Assembly: GCA_964541625.1 (NCBI GenBank)
Contig: CAZIRD010000002.1
Coordinates: 6,246 to 70,245 of the forward strand
Source: an uncultured Acidibacter sp.
Lineage (GTDB): Bacteria > Pseudomonadota > Gammaproteobacteria > Steroidobacterales > Steroidobacteraceae
DNA: 64,000 bases
Direction: 5' to 3'
The notes below the pieces were generated by a model. The model was given only the letters and a program-made list of their open reading frames with translations. It searched no databases and was not told the origin of the DNA. Positions 9,090-18,063 of the stretch are shown piece by piece; position 1 is the first letter of the stretch; each line of letters begins with the position of its first letter. Both the position numbers and the translations under genes were made by a program.

Positions 9090-9410
9090 TCAGCTGCCGC
9101 CGCCGAGCGCACGCAGCGTGCGCTCGAGGTACTCCGCCTGCAGCCGACTGCGGGCCTCGGCCTCGGCCGCATCCGGCACGAAATCCTCGATCTCTGCGCT
9201 GCCTACCACCTGCCGACGGGCCAGCAGGCGCTCGAGGCTGTCGAGGCGAGTGCGGGTGACAGCCAACTCCGCCACCAGCGACAGCGTTACCCCATAAAGA
9301 CGATCAAGCATCGGATCGTCAGTGAACTGCGGAGAATCCGGACGGCGCCCCGTGGCCTGGGGGGGCGAGGGCTGGACGGGGTCAGCATCAATCGGGAGGG
9401 AGTGATCCAT
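9090..9410 (-). CDS. Hypothetical small helical protein (106 aa)
   Basis: Internal ATG at 9410 of listed ORF 9090..10166 gives MDHSLPIDADPVQ...LDRLYGVTLSLVAELAVTRTRLDSLERLLARRQVV... It lies 7 nt downstream of the methyltransferase stop and has GC3-rich codons. Confidence 0.5.
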   Translation of the reverse strand: MDHSLPIDADPVQPSPPQATGRRPDSPQFTDDPMLDRLYGVTLSLVAELAVTRTRLDSLERLLARRQVVGSAEIEDFVPDAAEAEARSRLQAEYLERTLRALGGGS

Positions 9411-9417
9411 GTCCGTG

Positions 9418-10623
9418 CTATCCAATCGCGGCGAGTCCCTTCGCCGCCTGCCACGCACCCACCGCATACCACGCGGGCGCTCGTCCGAAATCTTCGTGCT
9501 TGACGGCATCGGTGCCCGTCCCGGCATCCGCAGCCGGCGGCGCGACGCAGCGCGTCTCGAATACGTTGGCGGCACCGAAGCCGGCCTTGGCGAGCAATGC
9601 GGCGAGATCGCTCTCGTGCAGCGCGCTCCAGAAAGGTTCGTTGTTGTAGCGCCCGTCCCAGTCGCGCATGAACTGCTCGAAAGCCGGGATACCGCGGTAC
9701 GGCGGCTGCTCGAGGTGGATCGTGAGTCCCCCGGCGCGCAGCAGCCGGTGGGCTTCGGCAAAGATCTTCGGCAGCGCCTGCCGCGAGGTCTCGTGCAGCA
9801 CCATGGTCGTGAAGACGATATCGGCCGAACTTTCCTCGAGGCCGGTTGCGGTGGCGTCGGCCTGCACGAACTGCACGTCGCGGTACCCGCGTGACTGTGC
9901 CCGCGCATGGCCGTAGCGCAGCATCGGCGCCGCGACATCCACGGCGATGATCTCGGCCTCCGGGAAAGCATCGCGCAACGGCAGGGTGTTGTGGCCGAGC
10001 CCGCAGCCAAGATCGACGATGCGACGCGGCGCGAACCGCGGATGCTCGCGGCGCACCCAGGCCACCAACGCACGTCCGGCCGCATCATTCCAGGGGCCGC
10101 CGCTGCCGCCGATCGTGGCGTACATGCCGGCGTCGTAGTTGGCGGCGTTGCCGACATCGTCGGCAACCCGCTCGGCGGTGTAGCCGCCCTGCATCAGATG
10201 GGTATCGACTGCGGTGACATACCGCGGCAAGTCGAGCGCCGGATCGAGCCGCAGCGTCGCGGCCTCGGCGTTCACCTCGCGGGCGACATCACGCAGGCGA
10301 TCGCGCTGGCGGGCGACCAGCGATCGACCGGCCTGCTGGCGGATTTCCATCGTGTGCCGGCGCACGAGACTGAAGCTGCGGTAGGCGGGCTCGCGCTGCA
10401 TGGCCTCGGCCACCTCGTGCCGATCCGCCGGCTCGCGCCCATGCCGCATCCGCCAGGCATTGAGGGCATGCGCTTCGTAGGCCTCGCGAACCTTGGGCGC
10501 GAGGCGCTGCGCGACATGGGCGTTGAGCTGCGCGACCACGTCGAAACGCACCACCTCATCGTGGGTGGCGGTCGGCAGCAGGTCATGACGACCGATGGTG
10601 TGCCAAGGCGCGGGGTAGGACAT
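9418..10623 (-). CDS. Class I SAM-dependent methyltransferase with a ~190-aa N-terminal extension
   Basis: 401 aa. Motif I is IVDLGCGLGHNT, with post-I EIIAVDV and a downstream VFTTMVLHE pattern. Confidence 0.8.
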   Translation of the reverse strand: MSYPAPWHTIGRHDLLPTATHDEVVRFDVVAQLNAHVAQRLAPKVREAYEAHALNAWRMRHGREPADRHEVAEAMQREPAYRSFSLVRRHTMEIRQQAGRSLVARQRDRLRDVAREVNAEAATLRLDPALDLPRYVTAVDTHLMQGGYTAERVADDVGNAANYDAGMYATIGGSGGPWNDAAGRALVAWVRREHPRFAPRRIVDLGCGLGHNTLPLRDAFPEAEIIAVDVAAPMLRYGHARAQSRGYRDVQFVQADATATGLEESSADIVFTTMVLHETSRQALPKIFAEAHRLLRAGGLTIHLEQPPYRGIPAFEQFMRDWDGRYNNEPFWSALHESDLAALLAKAGFGAANVFETRCVAPPAADAGTGTDAVKHEDFGRAPAWYAVGAWQAAKGLAAIG

Positions 10624-10710
10624 ACCCGGACTGTACGGTGGAACCAGACTTTCGGAAAAATCGATTATTCTTTAACAATACTTCGACTAAGCCGAAGTGA
10701 GCGGAGAACC

Positions 10711-11706
10711 ATGCGCCATCTCAACTACACCCATCTGCTGTATTTCTGGAGCGTCGTTCGCGAGGGCGGCGTAGCCGGCGCCGCAGCCGCCCTGCACATC
10801 ACGCCGCAGACCGTGAGCGGGCAGATCAAGGCGCTCGAGGAGCAGCTGCAGGGCGCCCTGTTCGAAAAGCAGGGGCGTCGTCTCGTGCCCACCGAACTCG
10901 GCCGGATCGCCTACGCCTACGCCGAGGAGATCTTCCCGCGCGGCCTCGAACTCGCCTCCGTGCTGCGCGGCGCCCGCACGCGCGGCAGCCGGCAGGTGGC
11001 GATCGGTGTCGCCGATGCCGTGCCCAAGCTGATCACCTGGCGCGTGCTCGAACCGCTGCTGCGCGGCAGGTCGTCGGGCGATGACCGCTTCCACGTGATC
11101 TGCCATGAGGCACCGCTGCCCACGCTGCTCGGCGATCTCGCTGCGCATCGACTCGACCTCGTGCTTGCCACCAGCGCCGTGCCCAGCGACTCGTCGATCA
11201 AGGCCTTCAGCCACCTGCTCGGCGAGTCGGAGCTCGGTTTCTTTGCCGCGCGGCCGCTGGCGAGGCGGCTGCGCCGCAACTTTCCAGAGAGCCTGAGGGA
11301 TGCGCCGCTGCTGGTGCCGACCGACCGCAGCGCCAACCGGCGGGTGCTCGATGCCTGGTTCGAGCGCTGCGGCATCACGCCGCGGATCGTCGGCGAACTC
11401 GACGACAGCGCACTGGTGAAGACCTTCGCGCAGCACGGCGTCGGTGCCTTCGCGGCGCCGCTCGCCATTCAGGCGGAAATCATCCGTCAGTACGGCGTCA
11501 GCCTGATTGGACGCATTGAGGGCCTGAAGGCCAGGTTCTTCGCCATCTCCACCGAGCGCCGCATCAAGCATCCGGCGCTGGCGATCATCACCGAGGCCGC
11601 GCGCGCAGCCCTGTTCCAGACACCCGAAACGGTCGGCAGTCACGGCATCGAGAACGGTGCCGCGGGCAGCGGCGCCGGGCGCCGCCGCCGCGCTGCCGCC
11701 GGCTAG
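10711..11706 (+). CDS. LysR-family transcriptional regulator, NhaR-like
   Basis: ATG 10711 preceded by GGAGA. MRHLNYTHLLYFWSVVREGGVAGAAAALHITPQTVSGQIKALEE closely parallels the NhaR N-terminal HTH. It is the last third of listed ORF 9907..11706. Confidence 0.8.
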   Translation: MRHLNYTHLLYFWSVVREGGVAGAAAALHITPQTVSGQIKALEEQLQGALFEKQGRRLVPTELGRIAYAYAEEIFPRGLELASVLRGARTRGSRQVAIGVADAVPKLITWRVLEPLLRGRSSGDDRFHVICHEAPLPTLLGDLAAHRLDLVLATSAVPSDSSIKAFSHLLGESELGFFAARPLARRLRRNFPESLRDAPLLVPTDRSANRRVLDAWFERCGITPRIVGELDDSALVKTFAQHGVGAFAAPLAIQAEIIRQYGVSLIGRIEGLKARFFAISTERRIKHPALAIITEAARAALFQTPETVGSHGIENGAAGSGAGRRRRAAAG

Positions 11707-12020
11707 TCGGCGCGGCTGGTACCCACGGACTCGAGCTCGCCGCGCTCGCTGACCTCGAGGCGTACCTCGATCGGGCGGCAACACACCTGACAATCCTCGA
11801 TGTAGCAACGCGAGGCGTCGGTGAGGTCGAGCATCGAGCCGTACGGTTCGCCGCACCACGGGCATTGCAGTTCGACGAACACGCCGAGCTCCGCGGCGGC
11901 CTCGCCACCCGGCTCGAACACCGGCTCGAGGCCGTAGAGGGCATCGATGCTCGCGGCATCCAGGCGACTCACGCCTTCGAGCAGCGCAGCGGCATCGGGC
12001 GGTTGACGTCGCGCGGTCAT
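11703..12020 (-). CDS. CPXCG-motif cysteine-rich small protein
   Basis: 105 aa with ...LQCPWCGEPYGSMLDL...YIEDCQVCCRPIEV... Its stop overlaps the stop of the convergent LysR gene (CTAG at 11703-11706). Confidence 0.75.
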   Translation of the reverse strand: MTARRQPPDAAALLEGVSRLDAASIDALYGLEPVFEPGGEAAAELGVFVELQCPWCGEPYGSMLDLTDASRCYIEDCQVCCRPIEVRLEVSERGELESVGTSRAD

Positions 12021-12116
12021 CGGCTTGCGCGCAGCGCGTGGATGGGCGAACGGAGCGTGGACGGCCGGAGCATGGGCGGATGATAGACTGCGCCGCGACC
12101 CTCAGGAGTTCGTCCC

Positions 12117-12815
12117 ATGCTGTCGAACACGCGTGCGCTGCCGATCCTCGCGCTGGCGGCCATGCTGGCCATGTCACCGCTGCCGCCTGCGGCCGCGGCG
12201 GAGCCGCTCCCCGCGCTCGCAGACTCCGCCGACCGCAGCTTCTGCGCCACGGTGCAGCGGTTCCTGGTCGACACCCGCCTGCCGATCGACAACCGCCTGC
12301 ATACCGACAAGGACGCCTTCACCGCGTCCAAGCCGGGTGTCGACCCGGTGACGACTCACCAGTTCGTCAGCCGCGACGCTGCCGGCCGAGCAGCGGGAAT
12401 CTCCTGCAAGACCAAAAGCGCCGACCATCTGCGCAGCGTGCACGGCGCGGCCGCGGCCCGCGATCCCGCGCTCGCCCCGCGCAGTTGCCGCGATGTGCAG
12501 CGACGCATCGTCAGCGACGTGTGGCGTGGCCTGCCGGCGGCGCAGCGCGCTGCCGCGCTGCAGCCGCCGCGACAGCTGATGCTCGATGCCGACGCGCGCA
12601 GTTACACCGGCTCGAGCTGGATCGGCTCGCCGGCCGAGGTGTATGTGGGCGATGACGGCATGGCGCACCTGCGCGCCTCGGCGCTGTTCGCCGAATGGAA
12701 CGACTGGCGCTGGAAGATGATGCCGAAGAGTTTCCGCGGCAATCATTACTGCCATCTGGTGGCACCCGAGCGGGTCCGCCGGCTGCTGCTCGGCGAAGAG
12801 CAGCTCAAGCGCTGA
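12117..12815 (+). CDS. Hypothetical secreted protein
   Basis: 232 aa with signal peptide MLSNTRALPILALAAMLAMSPLPPAAAA. No family recognised. It ends 26 nt before the HMGR ORF. Confidence 0.6.
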   Translation: MLSNTRALPILALAAMLAMSPLPPAAAAEPLPALADSADRSFCATVQRFLVDTRLPIDNRLHTDKDAFTASKPGVDPVTTHQFVSRDAAGRAAGISCKTKSADHLRSVHGAAAARDPALAPRSCRDVQRRIVSDVWRGLPAAQRAAALQPPRQLMLDADARSYTGSSWIGSPAEVYVGDDGMAHLRASALFAEWNDWRWKMMPKSFRGNHYCHLVAPERVRRLLLGEEQLKR

Positions 12816-12841
12816 CGGTGTAGAGGTGCGGGAACCGGTGC

Positions 12842-14140
12842 ATGGATCCGCCGCGGTGGTCGGCTCGCGCGGCATTATCGCCCGGAACACCCGACGCGCT
12901 TGCTGCCCCGTGCGCCGCCGCTCAAAATGCCGGGGTGAGTGACGAGACACGCAGCAGCCCGCGCAGGCTCCCGGCGACCACCGACGCGTCGCGCGAGGCG
13001 CGGGACGAGCGCCGTGTGCGGCTGCGCGAGCAGGGTCACCGCCTCGACGCGATCTGCGGCAGCGAGCCGGAGCTCGATCCCGGCAAGCTCGCCGGCAGCA
13101 TCGAGGGCTTCGTCGGCTACGTACAGGTGCCGCTAGGCGTCGCCGGACCGGTGCAGATCCGCGGCCTGCACGCGCAGGGCGATTACATGGTGCCGCTTGC
13201 CACCACCGAAGGCACACTGGTCGCCTCGTTCCAGCACGCCTTCAATGTCATCAATCGCTGCGGCGGCGCAGCAGCGGCCTGCAGCCGCCAATTGGTGGGG
13301 CGGGCGCCCTGCTTCGAGTTCAGCGACCTGCACGCCGCGATCCGTGTCGCCGAGTGGCTCCCGGCGCGGTTTGCCGAGATGCAGGCGGCGGCGGCGGCCA
13401 CCTCGCGCTACTGCCGACTGCAGGGGCAGAAAATCTCGGTACTCGGCAACACCGTCTACCTGATGCTCGAATACTCCACCGGCGATGCGGCCGGCCAGAA
13501 CATGGTCACGCTGGCGACACAGGCCGTCTGCCGGCTGCTGCTGCCCGACATGCCGGAGCAGCCGGTCAGCTGGCTGCTCGAGTCGGCGCTCTCCGGCGAC
13601 AAACGTTCCTCCGCGCAGGCCTTCCTCGGGGCGCGCGGCCGCAATGCCTCGGCCGAGATCATCATCCCGGCACGCACCGTGGGTCGTTACTGGCGGGCCG
13701 ATCCCGCCGCGATGGCGCGCTGCTGGGATCAGGCAATAGCCGGCGCCGCGCAGACCGGTGCGGTCGGCCTGCAGGGCAACGTCGCCAACGGACTCGCCGC
13801 GCTGTTCATCGCCTGCGGACAGGACGTCGCCTGCGTTTCGGAAGCGACCACGTCGATCACCCGCTTCGAAGTCACGGCCGCGGGCGATCTCTACACCTCG
13901 GTGACGCTGCCCAATCTGATCATCGGCACGGTCGGCGGCGGCACTTTCCTGCCCACCGCGCGCGAATGTCTCGGCATGCTCGGTTGCCGCGGCGAGGGCA
14001 CGGCGGCGAAGTTCGCCGAGATCTGCGCCGTGGTCGCGCTCGCCGGCGAACTGTCGCTGATCGGCGCCATGGCGAGCGGCGCCTTTGCCGATGCGCATGC
14101 GAGCGGTGGCCGCAAGGGTCGCGGCACCGGCGAATCGTGA
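12842..14140 (+). CDS. Hydroxymethylglutaryl-CoA reductase homologue, class-I-like, soluble catalytic domain only
   Basis: Motifs present: EGFVGYVQVPLGVAGP, PLATTEGTLVAS, TGDAAGQNMV, SGDKR, ACGQDVA, IGTVGGGT. Start uncertain (ATG 12842 or in-frame GTG 12935). Confidence 0.8.
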   Translation: MDPPRWSARAALSPGTPDALAAPCAAAQNAGVSDETRSSPRRLPATTDASREARDERRVRLREQGHRLDAICGSEPELDPGKLAGSIEGFVGYVQVPLGVAGPVQIRGLHAQGDYMVPLATTEGTLVASFQHAFNVINRCGGAAAACSRQLVGRAPCFEFSDLHAAIRVAEWLPARFAEMQAAAAATSRYCRLQGQKISVLGNTVYLMLEYSTGDAAGQNMVTLATQAVCRLLLPDMPEQPVSWLLESALSGDKRSSAQAFLGARGRNASAEIIIPARTVGRYWRADPAAMARCWDQAIAGAAQTGAVGLQGNVANGLAALFIACGQDVACVSEATTSITRFEVTAAGDLYTSVTLPNLIIGTVGGGTFLPTARECLGMLGCRGEGTAAKFAEICAVVALAGELSLIGAMASGAFADAHASGGRKGRGTGES

Positions 14141-14871
14141 CCCAGCCGAGGCCGCGCAAGCCGGTCCGGCGGTTCGTGCTGCACAAGCTGCTGCCGCCCA
14201 TCGGCTGGCGGATGTATCGCGCGCTCGGCCGCTCGTGGCGCTACGAAGAAGAGGATGTCGGCATCCTGCGCGACCTCATCGCCGCACGGCAGCCCGTGGT
14301 CGGCGCCTTCTACCACTCGCGCACGTTTGCCTTGCTGCATTACTTCAGCCTGCCGGCGCAGGGCCGCTGGATCCTGATGTGCTCGCAGAGTCGCGACGGC
14401 GAGGCGATGGCCCGCGTCGAGGAAGGTCTCGGTTTTCGCGTCGCGCGCGGGTCCTCCGGCAAGGGCGGCGCGCGAGCGCTGGTCGAGATGATCAAGGCGC
14501 AGCGCGAGGATCGCGGCCTCAACTCCTGTCTGGCGATCGACGGCTCACGCGGTCCGCGCGGCATCGCGCAGCTCGGCACGATCACGCTCGCACAGAAGAC
14601 CGGCAGCCTGCTGCTGCCCGTCGCCGCCTCGAGCGCCGACTGCTGGCGCTGGAACGCCTCCTGGGACCGAACCGTCATTCCGCGGCCGGGCGCCACCGTG
14701 AGGGTGCGCGTCGGCCAACCCATCGAGGTTGCCACCAAGCTCGACGACGCGGCGCTCGAAGCACTGCGCAAGCGGCTCGAGAACAGCATGTTCGCGCTGC
14801 ACCGCGACCTCGACGCCCTCACCGGCTACCACGACCCGCAACCCTTGCAGTCCATCCTTTCGAACCCATGA
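14137..14871 (+). CDS. DUF374 (lysophospholipid-acyltransferase-superfamily) protein
   Basis: GTG 14137 overlaps the HMGR stop (GTGA). Motifs match DUF374: FYHSRTFALLHYF, LMCSQSRDGEAMARVEEGLGFRVARGSSGKGGARAL, AIDGSRGPRGIAQLGTITLAQKTG. It is the last 244 codons of listed ORF 13354..14871. Confidence 0.8.
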   Translation: MTQPRPRKPVRRFVLHKLLPPIGWRMYRALGRSWRYEEEDVGILRDLIAARQPVVGAFYHSRTFALLHYFSLPAQGRWILMCSQSRDGEAMARVEEGLGFRVARGSSGKGGARALVEMIKAQREDRGLNSCLAIDGSRGPRGIAQLGTITLAQKTGSLLLPVAASSADCWRWNASWDRTVIPRPGATVRVRVGQPIEVATKLDDAALEALRKRLENSMFALHRDLDALTGYHDPQPLQSILSNP

Positions 14872-14884
14872 ACGGATTCATTCC

Positions 14885-17047
14885 ATGCGCCAGATCCTGC
14901 CGTTACTCATGAGCACCGCACTGATCACCGCCGTCGCCGCCGCCACGCCGAACCCCCTGCTGCAGAGCTGGAGCGGTCCATACGGCGGCGTGCCGCCCTT
15001 CGACAAGGCCTCGCCGACCCTGCTCGCCCCGGCGCTCGAGGCCGGCATGGCCGAGCACCTCGCGGAACTCGCGCGCATCGCCGACAACCCCGCGCCCGCC
15101 ACGTTCGCCAACACCATCGCCGCGATGGAGCGCTCGGGCCGGGCCCTCGACCGCGCGAGCACGGTTTACTACATCTACAGCTCGACGTTGAGCGACGATG
15201 CGGTGCAGAAGGTGGAGCGCGACATCGAGCCGAAGATGGCGGCCTTCCGCGACTCGATCACGCAGAACGAGAAGCTGTTCAAGCGCATTGCCGCCGTCTA
15301 TGAAACCCGCGCAAGCTCGGGCCTGAGCGCCGAAGAACAGCGTCTCACCTGGCTCACCTACACCAACTTCGTGCGCGCCGGCGCCAAACTCGACCCGGCG
15401 GCAAAGAAACGCCTGGCGCAGATCAACCAGTCGCTGGCGGGTCTATTCACGCGCTTCAGCCAGAACCTGCTCGCCGACGAGAACGAGCGCTATACCGTGC
15501 TTGCGGACGAGGCGGAACTCGCCGGACTGCCGGCCTCGCTGCGCGCCGGCTTTGCGGCCGATGCCGAACAACGTGGCCAGCAGGGCAAGTGGCTGATCGC
15601 CAATACCCGCTCGTCGGTGGAGCCCTTCCTCACCTACTCCGACCGACGCGACCTGCGCGAGAAGGTCTGGCGCATTTTCGTTGATCGCGGCGACAACGGC
15701 GATGCCCGCGACAACAACGCGATCATCGGCGAGATCCTGCAACTGCGCGCCGAACGCGCCCGTCTGCTCGGTTACGCGACCCATGCCCACTGGCGCCTCG
15801 AGGACTCGATGGCGCGCACCCCGGAGCGGGCGATGCAGTTGATGGAGGCGGTGTGGAAACCCGCGGTCGGCCGGGTGCGCGAAGAAGTCGCCGACATGCA
15901 GCAACTCGCCGACGCCGCGAGCGCCGCCGCCGGTACTGCCCGCATCACCATCGAGCCCTGGGATTACCGCTATTACGCGGAGAAGGTCCGCAAGGCGAAA
16001 TATGACCTCGACACCAACGAACTGAAGCCCTACCTGCAGCTGGAGAAGCTGCGCGAGGGGATGTTCTTCGTCGCCGGCGAACTGTTCGGCATGCACTTCA
16101 CGGAACTGCCGGCCGGCAGCGTGCCGGTCTACCACCCCGACGTCCGCGTCTGGCGGGTCGACGACAAGGCCGGCAAGCTCGTCGGCCTCTGGTATTTCGA
16201 CCCGTATGCGCGCGTCGGCAAGCAGTCCGGGGCGTGGATGAACGCCTACCGCAACCAGGAACGCTTCGATGGCGACGTCAAGACCATCGTCTCCAACAAT
16301 TCCAACTTCGTCAAAGGCAAGCCGGGCGAACCGGTGCTGATCAGCTGGGACGACGCCGTCACGCTGTTCCACGAGTTCGGCCATGCGCTGCACGGGCTGT
16401 CCTCGAACGTCAACTACCCGAGCGTCTCGGGAACGAACGTCGCAAGGGATTACGTCGAGTTCCCCTCGCAGCTGCTCGAGCACTGGCTGCCGGTCAAGGA
16501 AGTTCTCGATCGCTTCGCCGTGCACTATCAGACCGGCAAGCCCATCCCGGCCGAACTCGTCGCCAAGGTGGAGAGGGCCAAGACATTCAATCAGGGCTTC
16601 GCCACCGTCGAGTACCTCTCGGCGGCACTCATCGACATGAAGCTGCATCTTGCCGCGACACCCGACTCGCGCATCGATGCCGATGCGTTCGAACGCGAGA
16701 CGCTGTCGCAGCTCGGCATGCCGCGCGAGATCGTCATGCGCCACCGCACGCCGCAGTTCGGCCACGTGTTCTCGGGCGACGGCTATTCCGCCGGGTATTA
16801 CAGCTATCTTTGGGCGGACACCTTGACGGCCGACGCCTGGGAAGCCTTCACGGAGAACCAGGGCGCCTGGGACCGCGGGATCGCCGATCGGCTGCGCCAA
16901 AACGTGTTTTCGATCGGCAACACCGTCGATCCCGCCGAGGCCTACCGCGCTTTCCGTGGTCGCGACCCGCAGATCGAGGCGCTGATGCGCAAACGAGGCT
17001 TCGTTGCGCCGAAAAGCGCGGGGACTGCCGCAGGTTCCGCCCGATGA
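14885..17047 (+). CDS. dcp: M3-family peptidyl-dipeptidase (Dcp-like) with signal peptide
   Basis: ATG 14885 gives MRQILPLLMSTALITAVAAA. Zinc motif TLFHEFGHALHG with downstream EFPSQLLEHW, and the length is typical of Dcp/oligopeptidase A. Confidence 0.9.
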   Translation: MRQILPLLMSTALITAVAAATPNPLLQSWSGPYGGVPPFDKASPTLLAPALEAGMAEHLAELARIADNPAPATFANTIAAMERSGRALDRASTVYYIYSSTLSDDAVQKVERDIEPKMAAFRDSITQNEKLFKRIAAVYETRASSGLSAEEQRLTWLTYTNFVRAGAKLDPAAKKRLAQINQSLAGLFTRFSQNLLADENERYTVLADEAELAGLPASLRAGFAADAEQRGQQGKWLIANTRSSVEPFLTYSDRRDLREKVWRIFVDRGDNGDARDNNAIIGEILQLRAERARLLGYATHAHWRLEDSMARTPERAMQLMEAVWKPAVGRVREEVADMQQLADAASAAAGTARITIEPWDYRYYAEKVRKAKYDLDTNELKPYLQLEKLREGMFFVAGELFGMHFTELPAGSVPVYHPDVRVWRVDDKAGKLVGLWYFDPYARVGKQSGAWMNAYRNQERFDGDVKTIVSNNSNFVKGKPGEPVLISWDDAVTLFHEFGHALHGLSSNVNYPSVSGTNVARDYVEFPSQLLEHWLPVKEVLDRFAVHYQTGKPIPAELVAKVERAKTFNQGFATVEYLSAALIDMKLHLAATPDSRIDADAFERETLSQLGMPREIVMRHRTPQFGHVFSGDGYSAGYYSYLWADTLTADAWEAFTENQGAWDRGIADRLRQNVFSIGNTVDPAEAYRAFRGRDPQIEALMRKRGFVAPKSAGTAAGSAR

Positions 17048-17088
17048 AATCTTTGTAATGTGACAGCCGGCGCGAGGCTGCCGCACTC

Positions 17089-17116
17089 AAATCCTGTAGG
17101 CAGGGGATTTATTTGG
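17089..17116 (+). terminator. Weak terminator-like hairpin after dcp
   Basis: aaatcc-N10-ggattt followed by atttgg. Short stem and a broken T-run. Confidence 0.35.
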
Positions 17117-17159
17117 CATTAGAATGCGGACGTCCACTCCAACTGCGTAGATTCAATTT

Positions 17160-17411
17160 ATGGCCAAGAAAACCGCACGTACCGCCCGCTCCCCGAAGAA
17201 ATCCCGGCGCAACGTCACGCCGTGGACGCCGGCTGACGAGCAGAAGCTCAAGAAGCTTGCGGGCAAGATGCCCACCGCCAAGCTGGCCAAGGCCCTGCAC
17301 CGCTCGGTCGCGGCCGTGACCTTCAAGGCCTTCTCCATGCGGCTCTCGTTGCGTTTGCCGAGCAGCAACCGCGGTCGCCGGATCAAGGTTTCGAAGGGCC
17401 GCTCAGCCTGA
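17160..17411 (+). CDS. Small basic protein, possible SANT/Myb-like HTH
   Basis: 83 aa: MAKKTARTARSPKKSRRNVTPWTPADEQKLKKLAGKMPTAKLAKALHRSVAAVTFKA... GC3-rich codons, no clear SD, AT-richer upstream region. Confidence 0.55.
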   Translation: MAKKTARTARSPKKSRRNVTPWTPADEQKLKKLAGKMPTAKLAKALHRSVAAVTFKAFSMRLSLRLPSSNRGRRIKVSKGRSA

Positions 17412-17682
17412 GTAATCGCCTGACGAGACCCAACGCGACCAGGGCGCGTCCGGCCAGCCGGACCGCCCGTCGCGGTCCCGTCAATAAAACCAGCGCTGCA
17501 GCGCCCGCGAGCAGCAGCGGACGGCTCGATAGCGCCCTCGCCGTCGCGGCCAGCCTGCCCACCCCCGACAACTGACTGGCAATGTCGCCGGTGCGCGCAG
17601 CGATGTCGCTGCGCAGTCGGCCACTGCGCGCGATCAGTGCCGCGCGCCGCGCGGCAAGTTCCGTTTCACGTGGGGTCATCAT
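17383..17682 (-). CDS. YqjK-like small membrane protein
   Basis: Internal ATG (17682) of listed ORF 17383..17868 gives MMTPRETELAARRAALIARSGRLRSDIAART...LLLAGAAALVLL. Third gene of an ElaB/YqjE/YqjK-type cluster. Confidence 0.5.
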   Translation of the reverse strand: MMTPRETELAARRAALIARSGRLRSDIAARTGDIASQLSGVGRLAATARALSSRPLLLAGAAALVLLTGPRRAVRLAGRALVALGLVRRLLRLSGPSKP

Positions 17683-18049
17683 CCACCCGGCGTCGTTCGC
17701 CACCCATCGCCTCGCGATCGCGTCGCAGTTCTTCCAGCGTCGCTTCCAGAAGCCGTGGATGACGATGGATACCGCGCCAGACCTTCCAGCTGGCGAAGCC
17801 CGCCGCGGCAAGGAAAAACACGGTGACCAGCGAACTCGCCAGCAGACGGCTCTCGTCCCACAACGCAATGATCACGGTCACCGCGCCGAGCAGCAGGCCG
17901 AGCGCGGCGAACAGCAGCGCGACGAACGCCCAGAGCAGCGTCCGCGCCACGCGCTGGATTTCTGCCGACAACTCCGTGGTCAGCAGTTCGAGGCGCACAT
18001 GCACCAGCGCCAGAATCTGCGCGAGTAATTGTCGGAGCGATTCGAACAT
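17666..18049 (-). CDS. YqjE / phage-holin-family (DUF1469-like) membrane protein
   Basis: ATG 18049 gives MFESLRQLLAQILALVHVRLELLTTELSAEIQRVARTLLWAFVALLFAALGLLLGAVTVIIAL, with two TM helices. Confidence 0.65.
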   Translation of the reverse strand: MFESLRQLLAQILALVHVRLELLTTELSAEIQRVARTLLWAFVALLFAALGLLLGAVTVIIALWDESRLLASSLVTVFFLAAAGFASWKVWRGIHRHPRLLEATLEELRRDREAMGGERRRVDDDPT

Positions 18050-18063
18050 GCGCGGGATCCGCC

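Noticed and set aside
10711-11706. Functional pairing of the NhaR-like regulator with nhaA
   Set aside because: nhaA (47084-48217) lies about 35 kb away on its own, whereas in enterobacteria nhaR lies immediately downstream of nhaA. Linkage cannot be inferred from this window. The regulator may instead control the divergent methyltransferase gene.
12842-14140. Interpreting the HMGR homologue as evidence for a mevalonate pathway
   Set aside because: No other mevalonate-pathway gene is present in the window, and the flanking genes are unrelated (a secreted hypothetical, DUF374, dcp). It is kept as an orphan enzyme of uncertain role.
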